Origin: Ginkgo biloba
Lineage: Eukaryota > Plantae > Ginkgophyta
Direction: 5' to 3'
DNA: 23,675 bases
NCBI GenBank assembly: GCA_024626585.2
Contig: JANKJI020000004.1
Location: forward strand, 48,638,692 to 48,662,366
The notes beneath the pieces were generated by a model, which saw nothing but the letters and a program-made list of their open reading frames with translations, had not been told where the DNA came from and did no database searches. Made by a program: the position numbers and the translations under genes. Shown piece by piece: positions 11,378 to 21,129 of this stretch (position 1 is the stretch's first letter; each line of letters begins with the position of its first letter).

Positions 11378-11790
11378 CATTTCCTGGGAGCCACCTCTTC
11401 AATCTCTCATAGTAGAGTATAAAAGTAGAAATATAATGTTTTGTAATATGTGTTTGATCTTTACATTACAAGCATTGGAGATCCCCTACACAATTGCAAC
11501 ATTTGTGGAAGTTAGATGTTAAAAGTAGACATATTTGATCTAAAACAAAGTGAGGTTATCTTTACAACATATATCAAGGCCATTTCATATACATAGTAGA
11601 AAAGCATGCATTATACAATTATACATACGACGCTATGTATACAACCCAATTTTTGTGTATACAAATTGGTTCTTTTTGAACTTGCAATCTTGTTGTGTTA
11701 CGCACCACTGCATGGGGCTACCATCTGGTATGCATGAACAACTATGAACATAAGCAAATTTGAAAGCGTTGCATACAAATAAATTGTAAT

Positions 11791-12345
11791 GTTCTTACCA
11801 AAAAATGTGATGTTGGATGAAAGGATTGGGCTAAGAAATTTCATGCTCTGTTTGGGCCTTAAGGACAACTTATAAACAGTCTAGAGGTCAAACATTATTT
11901 CAATTGGCCTATGGGTAGGAAGTTGCTTTGCTTATGGAATTACAAGTTCTAAGTTCTCATCTTGAGAATTGCAATTAAAGAAAGCGGGGGAGAGACAAAG
12001 TCTTTACAAGAAAGACTTATGCAATTGAATAAATTGGAGGAGAAGAGAGCAATGGCTATCTAACATTAATAGATCATGCAAGGTAGAATAAAAACGATTC
12101 ATGATAGAAAGATCAAAGGAATTGGGACCTATCCAAGAGATTTGATACTGCTATATGATAGCAAGTATAAGAATATGAAAAGGACACTGAAAACCAAATG
12201 TTTAGGTCCCTATGTGTTAGAAAAACTATATGAGAATGGCTTAGCAACTCTATTTAAAATAAATGGTGAAATGGTGTTAGAACAAGTGAATGGTGCTCAT
12301 TGAAAGTTGTTTAGAGAATGGAGCAAAGGAATCAAGAACTTATAA
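11791..12345 (+). pseudogene. Ty3/Gypsy (non-chromovirus, Athila/Tat-like) integrase C-terminal region with GPY motif
   Basis: With frameshifts it reads VLTKKCD..KDWAKK..WALRTTYKQSRGQTLFQLAYG*EVALLMELQV..LRIA..SLQERLMQLNKLEEKRAMA..QGRIKTIHDRKIK..DLILLYDSK..LKTKCLGPYVLEKLYENG..INGE..VNG. GPY is at 12205-12213 and no chromodomain follows. Confidence 0.9.
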
Positions 12346-13705
12346 ATATATACAGATGGGTTGTAACTAAAGTAGAAGAAAACATATAAAAATGATGTCA
12401 GAGAATAAAGACATTATTGTGAGCAGTTGACGTTTCACGAAAAAATGACACAAGTCACAAGATTAGACACTCAGCAAAGTGTGGTAACTCAGTGACAAAT
12501 GCCTCTANNNNNNNNNNNNNNNNNNNNNNNNNNNNNNNNNNNNNNNNNNNNNNNNNNNNNNNNNNNNNNNNNNNNNNNNNNNNNNNNNNNNNNNNNNNNN
12601 NNNNNNNNNNNNNNNNNNNNAGTCCAAAATGGAAATTGATCGAAAAAGATGAAAAATTGACAAAGGAAAGTGTGCCGCAAAAGTTGGCATAATTGCAAGG
12701 AAATGGCTACGTCACAAAGAAAGGACATTTACAAAGTGCAATGACTGATCTGGAACCCATGAGGTGCATAGAGAAATCGATTTGAAATGTAGAGAGGCAC
12801 TCTCATGAGTAGCAGTCATATATGGGAATGTTGCATTTTTATTAAAATCTACCAACTGGACAAGATTAACAATTAAATTTCAAATTTTCAAGCTTATAGA
12901 AAAAATATGCTCTGAAATCAAATACGACCTTGAATCCCTCATGGAAATATAAATCATAAGTATGTTAAGAAAGCACTACAAGGTAGTATATAAAAGTAGT
13001 GATACTGTATTTGGATTTAAACATAACAAAGGTGATTCGGGATCAACATGAGCACTGCATATATAAAAACATATATTCTTAATAAATAACAAAATGATGC
13101 AATTCAACTAGAGGAATCTGAAAATATGCCCAAATAAGATTTTATTCCAATGGCCACTAAGTTACATCAAAATCCTACTATGTGGGAAAAAGAAAAACAA
13201 GGAAACAAAGCTCATAGGGCCAAGAGCCCCTTAGACCTCAGCCAAACTCAAAACTCCAAAAATAATTCTACAAAAAGAGAGTTAGGGACCATTAGAATTT
13301 TATATTATATAATTCTTTGCTCAATAGAAATTTTAGAATTTGGTACAAAGAAGACAAATAAGCTTCCATCTCTGATCGGTTCAATACATAACTATAAAAC
13401 TATTCGTTGTTCTCCTTCCTCAGCTAAACTCACTGATGTGGTAATTTTTGTTGACTTGGAGCAACTATGGCTCCTCCATCCATGCATGGGTTCAACGTTC
13501 GAGGTAGTCATAGGTTCAAAACTCCTCTCATTTTAAAATAAAGCTCACTTTCTAACTTTGAGTAACTTTTCTTCATAAAGTGAAATTTTATAATGCACTT
13601 TTATAAAATAAAAGTCACTTTGTAACTTTACTTTATAACTTAAGTTACCCTTTAATAATTTACCTACATACAAAAGCTATAGCCATCTTTTGTGTTACTT
13701 GACAA

Positions 13706-13917
13706 ACTCTTCCTCAATTGACGTCATATTTTGTCATTATAAGAAGGACCCACAATAACTTACCTTCATTAAACATTGAAGATAATTTACTTACATAAAA
13801 CACTGTAATGATGCACTCTTCCTCAAATGTGGTCGCCTTTATTCATTACAAAATGAACCTTCAATAATTTTCCTTCATAAAACGTTGAAGCTAAGTTCCC
13901 TACATAAAATGATGTAG
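13706..13917. repeat. Degenerate tandem duplication, unit about 109 bp, 2 copies
   Basis: ACTCTTCCTCAA at 13706 and 13815, each followed colinearly by TCATTA, CAATAA, CCTTCAT, TTGAAG and TACATAAAA. Confidence 0.8.
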
Positions 13918-14039
13918 TTAACTTCCGGAGAGTATAGCTTTCATGTTCGGACTCTCTTTTTTGAAAAATAGATATCGATGCGAAGCTCTTAATGTAACTT
14001 TTAAAAAATTCAAATTTCTTATTGTCAAACTATCCAAAT

Positions 14040-14800
14040 TTGTTTAGAGTTTGACTACAATTAGACTACCCTATTTTTAAAGCCTAAAATTTTCTTTTGT
14101 TCATTTCTAGTAGATCTAATGGAAGTCCTAAAATAGTTTGAGAATATTATGAGGTATTCCTCTAGAAAGGAAGGAAAGAGAAGTAAAGGATTCATTTTTT
14201 TAATTGAGAGACCATCTACAAAGTTAAAGAGGAAAGAGGTTTGGGAATTCATTGGATGATAGACTTGGTGAAGGAGTTAGGAGTCAAGTAAGCCTGGAGA
14301 TTGGGCACTAGCCTTCAACTCTTTGGAAGGATATTTTAATCAATAATTACTATAGGGGGATATTAAGAACTTATTTATTGTGGGAATCAACTCTCATCAG
14401 GTATGGGATCTATAGTATGGAGGAATATTCTTCAAGGATTGCCTTTGGTTCACGACCATTTATCTTGAATATCAGGTGATGGGATGAATATCCATTTATT
14501 TGATAAATCTTTCATAATAGGTAGATTTCTATGTATGAAGGTTTCTATAGATACAATGGGGGATTGGTTCTTTGCAAGGGATCAGTGGAGGATGGATGAA
14601 TTCATTAAGAGACAGGTTATAGAGGGACTTAAAGGTAATATCTAAAGGTTCTCATGGAAGGGGGTTGAAGAGTGGTCAGATCTTCTAGAGGAGATCATCA
14701 TTGATTATAAAAACTCATTAGTCTGCTTAAGGAAGAGGGATACCTTCCTTTTAGAGGAGGAGAATTATTATTATCTTTGGGATCAAGAGGTGTTTGCACG
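14040..14800 (+). pseudogene. Second L1 LINE ORF2 fragment (region just downstream of RT), heavily decayed
   Basis: Reads TTLFLKPKIFFCSFL..EVLK*FENIMRY..IHFFN*ETIYKVKEERGLGI..LGVK*AWRL..LWKDILINNY..GSIVWRNILQGLPLVHDHLS*ISGDGMNIHLF. This matches the L1 W..IC..K..GGLG, LW...L..KY, S..W..I and W..GNG..I.F series. Confidence 0.85.
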
Positions 14801-15845
14801 TTATCTAGAGGTATTAGGCTCTCTAGCTCTATTTATCAAGGGGTAAGAATTTTTTGGGTATTGTTGAAAAGATTGCACTTCCTCTTTACTTTCCTCTGGT
14901 TCATTGTCTTTTTGGGGAGAAAAACTTAAAGTATCAAACACCATCATAGTACTAGGCTTGGAATCCCTTGGCTCTACTTGGTTGGACCCCTGTCCCCCTA
15001 AATATTTATAGATAACTTTAAAGGNNNNNNNNNNNNNNNNNNNNNNNNNNNNNNNNNNNNNNNNNNNNNNNNNNNNNNNNNNNNNNNNNNNNNNNNNNNN
15101 NNNNNNNNNNNNNNNNNNNNNNNNTTTGAATAACAAGAGAGTATACAATTTTGCACAGTTCTTCGCAAATAAATTGTAGCAAGACATCACGCAATTTAGA
15201 CATGCATCTATTTTGATAACTCTATTACTAACAAGATCTCCAATTTTGAAGGAGATGCTAGCTTGGAAACATACAAATATGCCCAAGTAGCTGTAAAAAA
15301 TAATTATTTGAGTGGCAACACAGAGAATATTTGATAGGTTGAGTCTTGAAGTATCAAACGTATATGATAGCAAGATTTAGGAGTTCCAATCAAGAAGAGG
15401 CATTAAAAGGTGTGAATTCCAGATGAATATAATAAATTCTTGGCAAAGATTAGAGACTTCTTTTAGAGATAAAATTACACTGTTCTAAAGGTCTACGATG
15501 GCCCTTGCCTTTCAAAAAATTGCCAAAGTTCATATCGACCAAAACAATTTTTCATGAGGTCGCTAGGCAGATGAGTACTTAGATCTTGGCACAGCAAAAT
15601 AAAAATCCCTTGAGATATGATGAATGGATTAGACATCTGTGACATGCAATTATAGAAGGGGTTAGACTATAAAAATGTAAATTTCAAATTCAATCTAATA
15701 GAGGAGAATGTTGAATCTTTGAGATCGGGGGAATAACACCATAACAATTACCTATCANNNNNNNNNNNNNNNNNNNNNNNNNNNNNNNNNNNNNNNNNNN
15801 NNNNNNNNAAGGAAGGTAAGTATACCAATGTGCCATGGGAGAAAA

Positions 15846-16076
15846 CCCCAAAGGGAAAACAAAAAATGGTAGAAAGAGAGGTGGGGCACACCACAGAGTC
15901 TAGGGTTGGTGTTGATTTCAAGTCAGAAGAAGAAAAGGAAGATGATGACTTGGAGGATTTCCCATCCCCACAAGGAAAACTAAAAATGGTAGAGAGGTAG
16001 GGCGTGCCACAAAGTCCAACATTGGTGGTGATTTCAAGTCAGAAGAATAAGAGGAAGATGATGACCTGAAGGATTT
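15846..16076 (+). repeat. Tandem duplication of about 116-120 bp, 2 copies, encoding ..DFKSEEEKEDDDLEDF
   Basis: CCCCA..GGAAAAC.AAAAATGGTAGA..TGATTTCAAGTCAGAAGAA..GGAAGATGATGAC.TG.AGGATTT at 15846-15960 and 15966-16076. Confidence 0.92.
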
Positions 16077-16215
16077 ATCAAAGACTGAGAAGAAAGAAGA
16101 CTCTACAATTGATGATGATGCAGATGAATTTGATGAAGATGAGGACAAAACTACTTCTAAGGAAGTAGAACATTAGAGGAAGAAGTCATTTTGATTCAAA
16201 GTAGGAAAGAATGTA

Positions 16216-16386
16216 GAGCCCCAGAGCTCTAGAAAGGAAGATGAGCCTCCACACTCGACAAAAAGAGACAAGCTAGAAAGCTCGAAGAAAAATAAGAATC
16301 CATAGAGCTCTAAAGGGGACAATGAACCAACAGGTTCAAAGAGAAAGAAAAATGAGCCATAGCACTCGAACAAAGAAAAGGAGCTC
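16216..16386 (+). repeat. Degenerate 27-nt (9-aa) coding minisatellite
   Basis: Translates to EPQSSRKED / EPPHSTKRD / KLESSKKNK / NP*SSKGDN / EPTGSKRKKN / EP*HSNKEK. Confidence 0.7.
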
Positions 16387-16643
16387 GCAAAAGGCTTAAA
16401 AAGAAAGGAAAAACAAAGTTCGAACAAGTAGGGGACACTCGAAGATTTTCTTTGAAAAAAGTGATCAATCCATTCCTAGGGAGAAGCAAATGACTTAAAA
16501 AACAATGTCTCTTTTGACAAAGATGAGGTGCGCAGATAGATATNNNNNNNNNNNNNNNNNNNNNNNNNNNNNNNNNNNNNNNNNNNNNNNNNNNNNNNNN
16601 NNNNNNNNNNNNNNNNNNNNNNNNNNNNNNNNNNNNNNNNNNN

Positions 16644-17832
16644 TGAATATAGCAGGGTGGTGGTTTTTAAGAGCACGAGGGGATACCTCGCTCTTATTTT
16701 GGATATTTTGCTTCCAGGGATGCCATCTCCGCTTTGCATGGCAATTTCTTGTGATGTAGCTTTACCAAGAGATTGGGGGTTTGTATTATTAGTGCCAACC
16801 TAATCCGTTTTGGGTGCTCTTGCACTGGTTTTAATTGCTCTAACATTTTTAGCCATGCTAGCTTTGCTTTTGGACTTGGCTTTTTTTCATCCATCGTCTT
16901 CAAATGAGGGTTGAGATTATGATCTAGGCTCTGTTGGGTGGCATTTTTCATTGACACAGCTTGTTGAGTCTAAGGGTTATTCTTCTTATTCAATAGTGGG
17001 CAATCTTTAATTTTTTGCTCTAAACTTTAGCACAAAAAATAGGTGTTGGGGACATTAATGTATTTAACTAGCTACATGAATGAAAAGTTGCCACATTGAA
17101 TATATAACTCATTTTGAGCTCTTTTGACATGTCTATCTCTACACAAACCCAATGATTAAGTCTCAAGTTAAAAACCCTATGAGGCTTATGGCAAAGAAAA
17201 GTGTTTATTAGTGAGACTATTGAGCTAAGAAACTCCTACTATGGCATGATAAGTCTAGGAAATTCAACCCATACTGAACAATTATAATACACCGCATTTT
17301 TTATGAAAAAATCAAGAGACCGACATCTCAAAACTATAAGGTTTTGTAGGCCTATGGCCCTCTAAGAAACACTTCTTTATTTATTTTTAAAGTTTCTAGT
17401 GTGAATGACTAGAACCCTCTAGCCAAGTAACAAATGGAAATAAATTTCCAATCGTGTATTTCCCAATATTTTCTAATTTAAGCTCTTTCGATAGATTCAG
17501 GAGGAGGAGGACCTAGAAAATATTGAATAAGAGTTCTAGCAACTATATTTTTTTATACATAATTTAAATGCTTAGGATTAATAAGAATATCTAGAGAATT
17601 AGGCTTACCTCATGGTACACTTTGAGTATAAACTTCCAAGCTCTCTTGGCCACCATATAAGCCTCCTTTGTCTCTGAGCCTACAACTAGTCTAAGAATTC
17701 AAAAAGGCACTACTGTGGCAATGACCATGGGAGATAACAATGGATATGTCCGCAATTATTAGGGTTGGACGCCCTTTTGGGTGTAATTAGTAAGCCTATC
17801 ACTGGATTAAAGGTTGGGGGTAGTGGAAAATC
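16644..17832 (-). pseudogene. L1 LINE ORF1 remnant (DUF4283/RRM-like domain and CCHC zinc knuckle)
   Basis: Minus strand reads RTLIQYFLGPPPPESIERA*IRKYW..YLARGF*SF..VFLRGP*AY..CSVWVEFPRLIMP**EFLSSI..WVCVEIDMSKELK..VKYINVPNTYFLC*SLEQKIKDCPLL, then a basic low-complexity tail (listed ORF 16694-16957). The upstream boundary is approximate. Confidence 0.88.
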
Positions 17833-18223
17833 TGTGAAATAAACATTGAGAGACTATTCAACCCACACAGGTCTTCTCCATTCCCAGTTCCCCTCTCAAT
17901 CTCAAAGGAGACCTTTGCTCCCTAAGCACTCTTCTTTTTACTAGAAGATAAGTAGAAACTACTGATTAGACGAATGAGAAAATGGATGAGATTTGGGCCT
18001 CTTTATAGGTTAAAGTGTAGTGCTTTGCACCAAGCTCATCGTGAGTCAATTAAGGTTGTTGTTTGCTCGTAATTGTTCCTTAGTGCCTTAAACTCCAACG
18101 TCCTTATTCTAGCTTATTTGAGTGGATTACTTAAGTTGTTTTAAGGTGCTTTTTCATATGAGACATATAGGCTTCTTTAGGATTTAACTTCTCTAGCCTA
18201 TGTTGTGTTTTACAGACACAACA
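17833..18223 (-). mobile_element. 3' LTR (about 390 bp) of a chromovirus-type Gypsy element
   Basis: On the minus strand it starts TGTTG directly after the PPT, contains CCTATAAAGAGG and most plausibly ends TTTCACA at 17833 (alternative TTACA end near 17784). Confidence 0.75.
17998..18009 (-). promoter_or_regulatory. LTR TATA box (CCTATAAAGAGG)
   Basis: Reverse complement of cctctttatagg, in the middle of the LTR and followed by a pyrimidine-rich initiation-like tract. Confidence 0.6.
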
Positions 18224-18237
18224 TGCCCTCCCCTCTT
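18224..18237 (-). promoter_or_regulatory. Polypurine tract (AAGAGGGGAGGGCA)
   Basis: Purine run immediately 5' of the LTR TG and overlapping the end of pol. Confidence 0.85.
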
Positions 18238-18546
18238 AGAAATGCTTTGTCCTAAAAGCACTAGTAAGCCCATGTGGCTTTCTACAAACAATTCTAAGAC
18301 CCAAATAGAATCTTCTTCTAGTAGGTTCTTCAATTTGATGCAATATTGTCAAATTTGCTTTGATTGGAGTTGTTTGGTTCAGACCTCCAAGATTTCTTCA
18401 AGTTCGAGGATTGTTTTTCCTTCCTCATCAAGTATCAAAAGTTCTATTTGTAGAACAATGTTTTTCCCAATTTGTGTTTTTAGATATAATACATGGAAGA
18501 TGTCATGTATTTGTCCTCTATTTGGTAGATCTAGTGTGTATGCTAC
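18224..18546 (-). pseudogene. Chromovirus (Reina-like) integrase C-terminus with chromodomain
   Basis: Reads VAYTLDLPNRGQIHDIFHVLYLKTQIG..LDEEGKTILELEEILEV*TKQLQSKQI*QYCIKLKNLLEEDSIW..GQSISKRGG. This matches AY.L.LP...IH.VFHVS.LK and the chromodomain YL(I/V)KW......ATWE pattern. Confidence 0.92.
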
Positions 18547-18646
18547 NNNNNNNNNNNNNNNNNNNNNNNNNNNNNNNNNNNNNNNNNNNNNNNNNNNNNN
18601 NNNNNNNNNNNNNNNNNNNNNNNNNNNNNNNNNNNNNNNNNNNNNN

Positions 18647-19100
18647 TATGTGGTTGCGAGTCCTGCACAGTGCCGACTAGAGTATCTTCACAGCCTCCAT
18701 CACTTCTCAACAAAGTACCCAAAAAGTTTAGCATTCGTGAAAGAGAATGACCAAAGAGTGGTATCCATCCTAAATCAAGTCATTGCAGTTTGTCTCTTCT
18801 ACTTTAAAGACATGAATCCATGCTTTAGATAAGAATCAATACCCACAAACGCACCTTTTATAACCCTATAAAGAAAGTTGTCATGCCTTCTCATTCTCCG
18901 TTACAGTAAATAGTTCTCTCCATCCCGTTGGTTGCTACTATTTTCTAAGAACTTTGGGAAAGATATGCTTGGTATGTCAAGCCACTTGCAATGCTCTAAA
19001 TAAGACACAACTCCAAAGAATTCCATTGCCAATGTTTGCATAACTGCCTCTCGCTCCTCCACCCTGCTGTTGTCACCCAATGGTTTCCTCAAAACAAGTG
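18647..19100 (-). pseudogene. Strongly decayed Gypsy gag-like fragments
   Basis: Short gag-like peptides in different frames (EEREAVMQ, TFFIGL*KVRLWV, SKAWIH, GYHSL), on the same strand as and upstream of the chromovirus end. Confidence 0.35.
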
Positions 19101-20489
19101 TTGGTTATGCAGAAAACCTTTCAAGTTTGAACACGTACAACGCCAAAATGTTGGCAATTGGAGTGCATACACAAAGATTCAAAGAAGAAAGGACTCAAAT
19201 GCCAACAAGAGAGACAAAAAATGGAAGCAAAACTACATTTATTACTGTGTTTTCAATACAGAAAGCAAGGGGGAAGCAATCCCTTGGCTAGGCCCAGGGG
19301 TAACCCCAAAATTGTCACAAAATGGATAGATATAATTTCCAGACTGATTGATGATCACAATAGTTTCCAAAGTCCCTATTTAATGCAACTAAGGAGTCGG
19401 TTGCATAACCATATGCAACTACTCCTAACTAATTCCTCACTTTAATAATAGACATTACATTAAATACTTTTGTATAAGATGTGTTTATAACTTGATGTTC
19501 ACTTTATAACTTGGATCTTAATTGACCGTTTGTTGGATGACAAACGACGAAAGCTTTTACTAGACAAATGGCTAAAGAAGTTGCTTGATAAATAACTTCT
19601 CCTTGCTTCAAATTAACGAACAAGGCTACAACCGAATAGTCAAAATTTCCCACCAATAGCATGTAAAGGCTTGTCTCCATCAACTAATGAAGTTTTCTAT
19701 TCTTAAAGGATGCCATGAGCTCTAATTCCTTTGAAACTAAATCTCATTTGATTAATTGTTGGAATAGGATAGAAAGAATGTACCTCAAGTTATCGTGTGA
19801 TATGATTAGGCTATAACATCTCTCCTCACATTTGAGCTCATTGTTCTCAATGAGTTGTTTCTTTGTACTCTTCTGGCTACATTTAGATTCTCTTTGTCGA
19901 AAATCCTTTACTCTATGCCCTTTGTGTACGCATTTCAAACATTTGTTCTCATGAAAAAAATTTCTCTAGTCTTTGTTTTCCATTTGTGGATCCCATTAGG
20001 TTACCCAAGGATAGATCTAGAGTTAGCAACTAGGTGCATACATCCAGATTACACATGCATGCATGTTTTTCTATGCACATAGATTCCAAACAACATTATG
20101 CATAGGAAGTCGAGCGATTACATGTTGCGGACACAATCTCATGTATTCATTGATTTAGTAATGCATAGTACAAGTTTCTCACCCTTGAGCCCTAATTATT
20201 GCAGTTGACTCACACTTCTATTGACTCTCTCTTCTACCTATAAAATTTCTCTCCCCCATAACATAGACAGTTACAAACTTTCATTCATCATGATGCAACA
20301 TGTAAAATCATGACTCTTCATTACATACGGCTTCCCTCTATGCCGATCATTTTTTATTAACTACCACTTAGTTTCCAATTACATAATTAGATTATGATAG
20401 TTGTGGATTGATTCTACCATGACAAAAAATAAACATTACTTATGAGGTTGTTCACTTGTAGTTTATATAAGTATGGGTGCATTTTGAAT

Positions 20490-20850
20490 TACCTATATCT
20501 ATAATTTTCTAACATGATAATATCTTCATCTCTTAGTATTGGAAGATACTATGGCAATTTTTGGGGATAAAATTTTAGAGATCATTGGAATATCATACCC
20601 ACATTGATGGATAATTCAAAGTTATAAATTATACATTTACTAAGTAAAAATATATCACCATAGATATTTGAATATTTGGGATGAGATATTTTCCTACATA
20701 TATAACATGGTTTCAATCAATCCCTGCATAGTTTAATAAGTCATAGTCCATTCATGGCACATTTGGCCAGATTTTATATCGTAGATCCTTTAAACATTGC
20801 ATATACTTCTTCCATAACCTTAATAATGATGAAATTTATCAAGGAGTAAG
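20490..20850 (-). pseudogene. Possible second, more decayed copy of the accessory-ORF domain
   Basis: Reads MEEVYAMFKGST and then GDIFLLSKC..YPQKLP*YLP..DIIMLENYR, with motif order similar to 15449-15573. Confidence 0.3.
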
Positions 20851-21129
20851 ATGAGGAGGAATGATTCACTATCCACATTCAACATGTACACAAGTGAAAG
20901 AAATATTGGCTTATATNNNNNNNNNNNNNNNNNNNNNNNNNNNNNNNNNNNNNNNNNNNNNNNNNNNNNNNNNNNNNNNNNNNNNNNNNNNNNNNNNNNN
21001 NNNNNNNNNNNNNNNNAGATCTAGCACCAAAACTCAACTAACATCTCATCGCATGATATAATCTTTTGTGTCCTCACTCAAGAAAAAATGGGCAATTATT
21101 TTTATTTTGTTATTATTACTTTTTTGGTT

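Larger units (their letters stand above)
15126..16540 (+). pseudogene. Decayed retroelement accessory ('extra') ORF: globular domain followed by an acidic, Lys-rich repetitive tail
   Basis: Reads YNFAQFFANKL*QDITQFRHASILITLLL and then RDFF*R*NYTVLKVYDGPCLSK/KLPKFISTKTIFHEVARQM (15449-15573), followed after a short gap by E/D/K/S-rich repeats. The family assignment comes from my recollection of motifs in gymnosperm LTR-element extra ORFs, not from a search. Confidence 0.5.

Noticed and set aside
8480-11402. Long ORFs of 239, 293 and 307 aa in the ORF track
   Set aside because: They are made almost entirely of X from N gaps.
13150-13536. 128-aa ORF with ATG
   Set aside because: No recognisable motif and mixed composition. 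Probably non-coding element sequence that is open by chance.
15918-16427. Ser/Phe-rich minus-strand ORFs that look like membrane peptides
   Set aside because: They are antisense readings of the E/D/K-rich plus-strand tail. The same applies to 983-1225 and 21207-21470.
18200-18832. 210-aa plus-strand ORF
   Set aside because: It is the antisense shadow of the minus-strand integrase and chromodomain and is bridged by a gap.
19036-19445. Overlapping plus-strand ORFs, one with a CWLC motif
   Set aside because: No complete zinc-finger pattern, and they lie antisense to decayed element sequence.
19700-19740. Decayed PBS or 5' LTR of the chromovirus element
   Set aside because: GCTCTAATTCC is a poor match to GCTCTGATACCA and no second copy of the 17833-18223 LTR follows.
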